Below, piece by piece: positions 62,016-64,000 of a stretch of 64,000 nucleotides of DNA (the first letter of the stretch is position 1; each line of letters starts with the position of its first letter). The stretch is from Blastocystis sp. Blastoise (taxonomy: Eukaryota; Protista; Bigyra: Opalinata), in assembly GCA_039096225.1 (NCBI GenBank), contig JBBPEB010000019.1:124001-188000 (forward strand), written 5' to 3'. The position numbers and the translations under genes were made by a program. The notes under the pieces are model-generated. The model was not told the origin of the DNA. It ran no database searches and worked only from the letters and a program-made list of their open reading frames with translations.

Positions 62016-63205
62016 ATTGAATCCTATGTCTTATATTATTTATAGTATATTGTATTCTATTATATTCATATTTATATATTTATATCTATTTATATATATT
62101 CATACATTTCATTTGCCCCTAATTTCTACTGTTTTCAATTTTCTTTTCTTTTTTCTATTTACTGTTTATTATTATTTGATTTATATTTATATAATTCGAA
62201 TAATTTTACTTTTGATTTTTTATTAAAAAGTTTTCTTCTCAGTTTTTTTTTGTTTTTGTTTTTGTTTTTGTTTTTGTTTTCTTTATGCAAGTATATATAT
62301 ATATATGTGAATTATTTTAATAATTCATTTCATTCTTCTTCTTTTTTTACTTTCTTATTTCTTCTATGCTATATATAAATATTTATTTATTTTGTTGTTA
62401 ATTATATTACCTTGTCCTGTTTTTCTCTATTGGTTTTTAAATTAATTCTTTTCTATTCCATAAATAATCATTTATAGATTTCTAAAAATATATACTTGCT
62501 TTTTTTATTTTCGTATATATATATATATATATATATATTCCTTATTTAAACATTCATATATAGAGTATTTGTTGAATCATATTCTTATTCATTTAATTTC
62601 TATATGTCTTCTATTGCTTTTCTATTTTATGTGATTCTTTTACTTATTCATTTTTCAAATAAATATATATAAAACTCTTTTCTTTCCTTTGTAGTATTTC
62701 TCAATTATTTTAAATTTATTGTAACTATATAAAACTTTGATGAAAACATCTATTTTTTGATGATTTACATTGTTCTATAATTTAGTTTTATTTTTATTTT
62801 ATTTATTTTGTTTTATTTATTTTCGATTTATTCTCCATCCTATTATTTTGCGAAATGTGTCTTTATGTTATTATTTTTTGTTTCGTTTATTTTTTCATTC
62901 AATAATAGTTTTTACAGTTTAGAGTTCTGGAATTATTATAACTACTTGTGACCATAGTTTATACAATAATATATAAGAATAACGTTATTTATTTTTTAAA
63001 TTATTTCCGTTAATAAATCTATATATCCAACAAAACAAAAATATAATACAATTTAGATTTAGATATATAGTAGAATATATCTATGAGTTTCTTATATTCA
63101 ATGGAAAATAAGATATGGCAAAGGCAAGATAATAATAGAGATTATAATATGAATATATGGAAAAAGAATCAATTTAAATAGAAATATAATAATAACTACT
63201 TGTTA

Positions 63206-64000
63206 TTATATTCTAGAATTATTATTTGATCTTGGCTTAGACTTTCCGACACGAATGACGACGACAATAATAACAGCAACAATAATAACAACAGCTATAA
63301 CGCCAAGAAGAATCCAAAGCCAAAGTAAATTAGTACCTTTAGATTATATTGTATAGATAATATTTAATATTTAATATAATATTTAATATAATATTCAATA
63401 TAATATTCAATATAATATATAATATAATATATAATATATAATATAATATAATATATAATATATATGAATACCAGTTGTTGAGGCGGGTGGACCTATAAGT
63501 ATATAGAATAATAATTATAAATATAAATAAACATATATACATGAATCATCAACATAAGTAATTTCATGGGGATAGGTTCCCATTTTCATATAATATTTAC
63601 CATTATCAACGTAAAATAAAGAGCCTGCATACATATCAATCATTCCAATAAACATAGAATAAGAAAGTATTAATTCTGATCCGTTTACAGTAATAGATTG
63701 ATCCATTGTTCTAAATGAAATATATGTATAGTATTATTATGATTTATAATATATATATATACGGAAGTGCAACTTTGTTTCCATCAGCTAAAGCAGGGTT
63801 AAAGACAATTTTACCTTTCTTACAATTATCATTACTTATCATAAAGACATTACTACTAATCACTTTATCAAAACTAAAGGAAAATCCACCTGTTATCGTT
63901 TTGACATCTTTAAGAGAATATCTATAGAAATATAATTCAAAATAACAACTCCAAACAATAATAGTATTTATATATATATGTACTCCATTTCTGCATAATA
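63206..64000 (-). CDS. 3' end of a multi-exon single-pass membrane protein (partial)
   Basis: Exon chain including a 21-nt exon (GPPASTT). Last exon reads TNLLWLWILLGVIAVVIIVAVIIVVVIRVGKSKPR...stop. Confidence 0.7.

Overview
Very AT-rich, intron-rich eukaryotic genomic DNA. The TLDc gene, the two Ig/discoidin surface proteins and TGTTTGTT 3' motifs suggest a Blastocystis-like protist (inference). Positions 1-29.3 kb are a transposon nest. A hAT-type transposase gene is interrupted or flanked by four Helitrons: three ~6.6 kb non-autonomous copies (A partial, B, and C inserted inverted inside B, giving a 13 kb quasi-palindrome) and one intact 11.4 kb autonomous copy (D). A hAT-type MITE with an 8-bp TSD follows. 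The Helitron family has three unusual features: (i) its RepHel gene can be spliced from 15 exons with 14 phase-1 introns, including an array of ten frame-symmetric micro-exons; (ii) it carries a covarying tRNA-like cloverleaf on its antisense strand, at the end of a divergent spliced-looking transcript; (iii) its 3' hairpin is long and covaries. Positions 29.3-64 kb hold host genes: a TLDc protein, two large surface proteins, COG1-like, CCDC86, CENP-S, RPS5, RPE, HYOU1/GRP170 and a partial membrane protein. In RPS5, 3 of 5 introns need non-AG acceptors (TG, AA, AT) to give the conserved protein. All coordinates were counted by hand and no searches were run.
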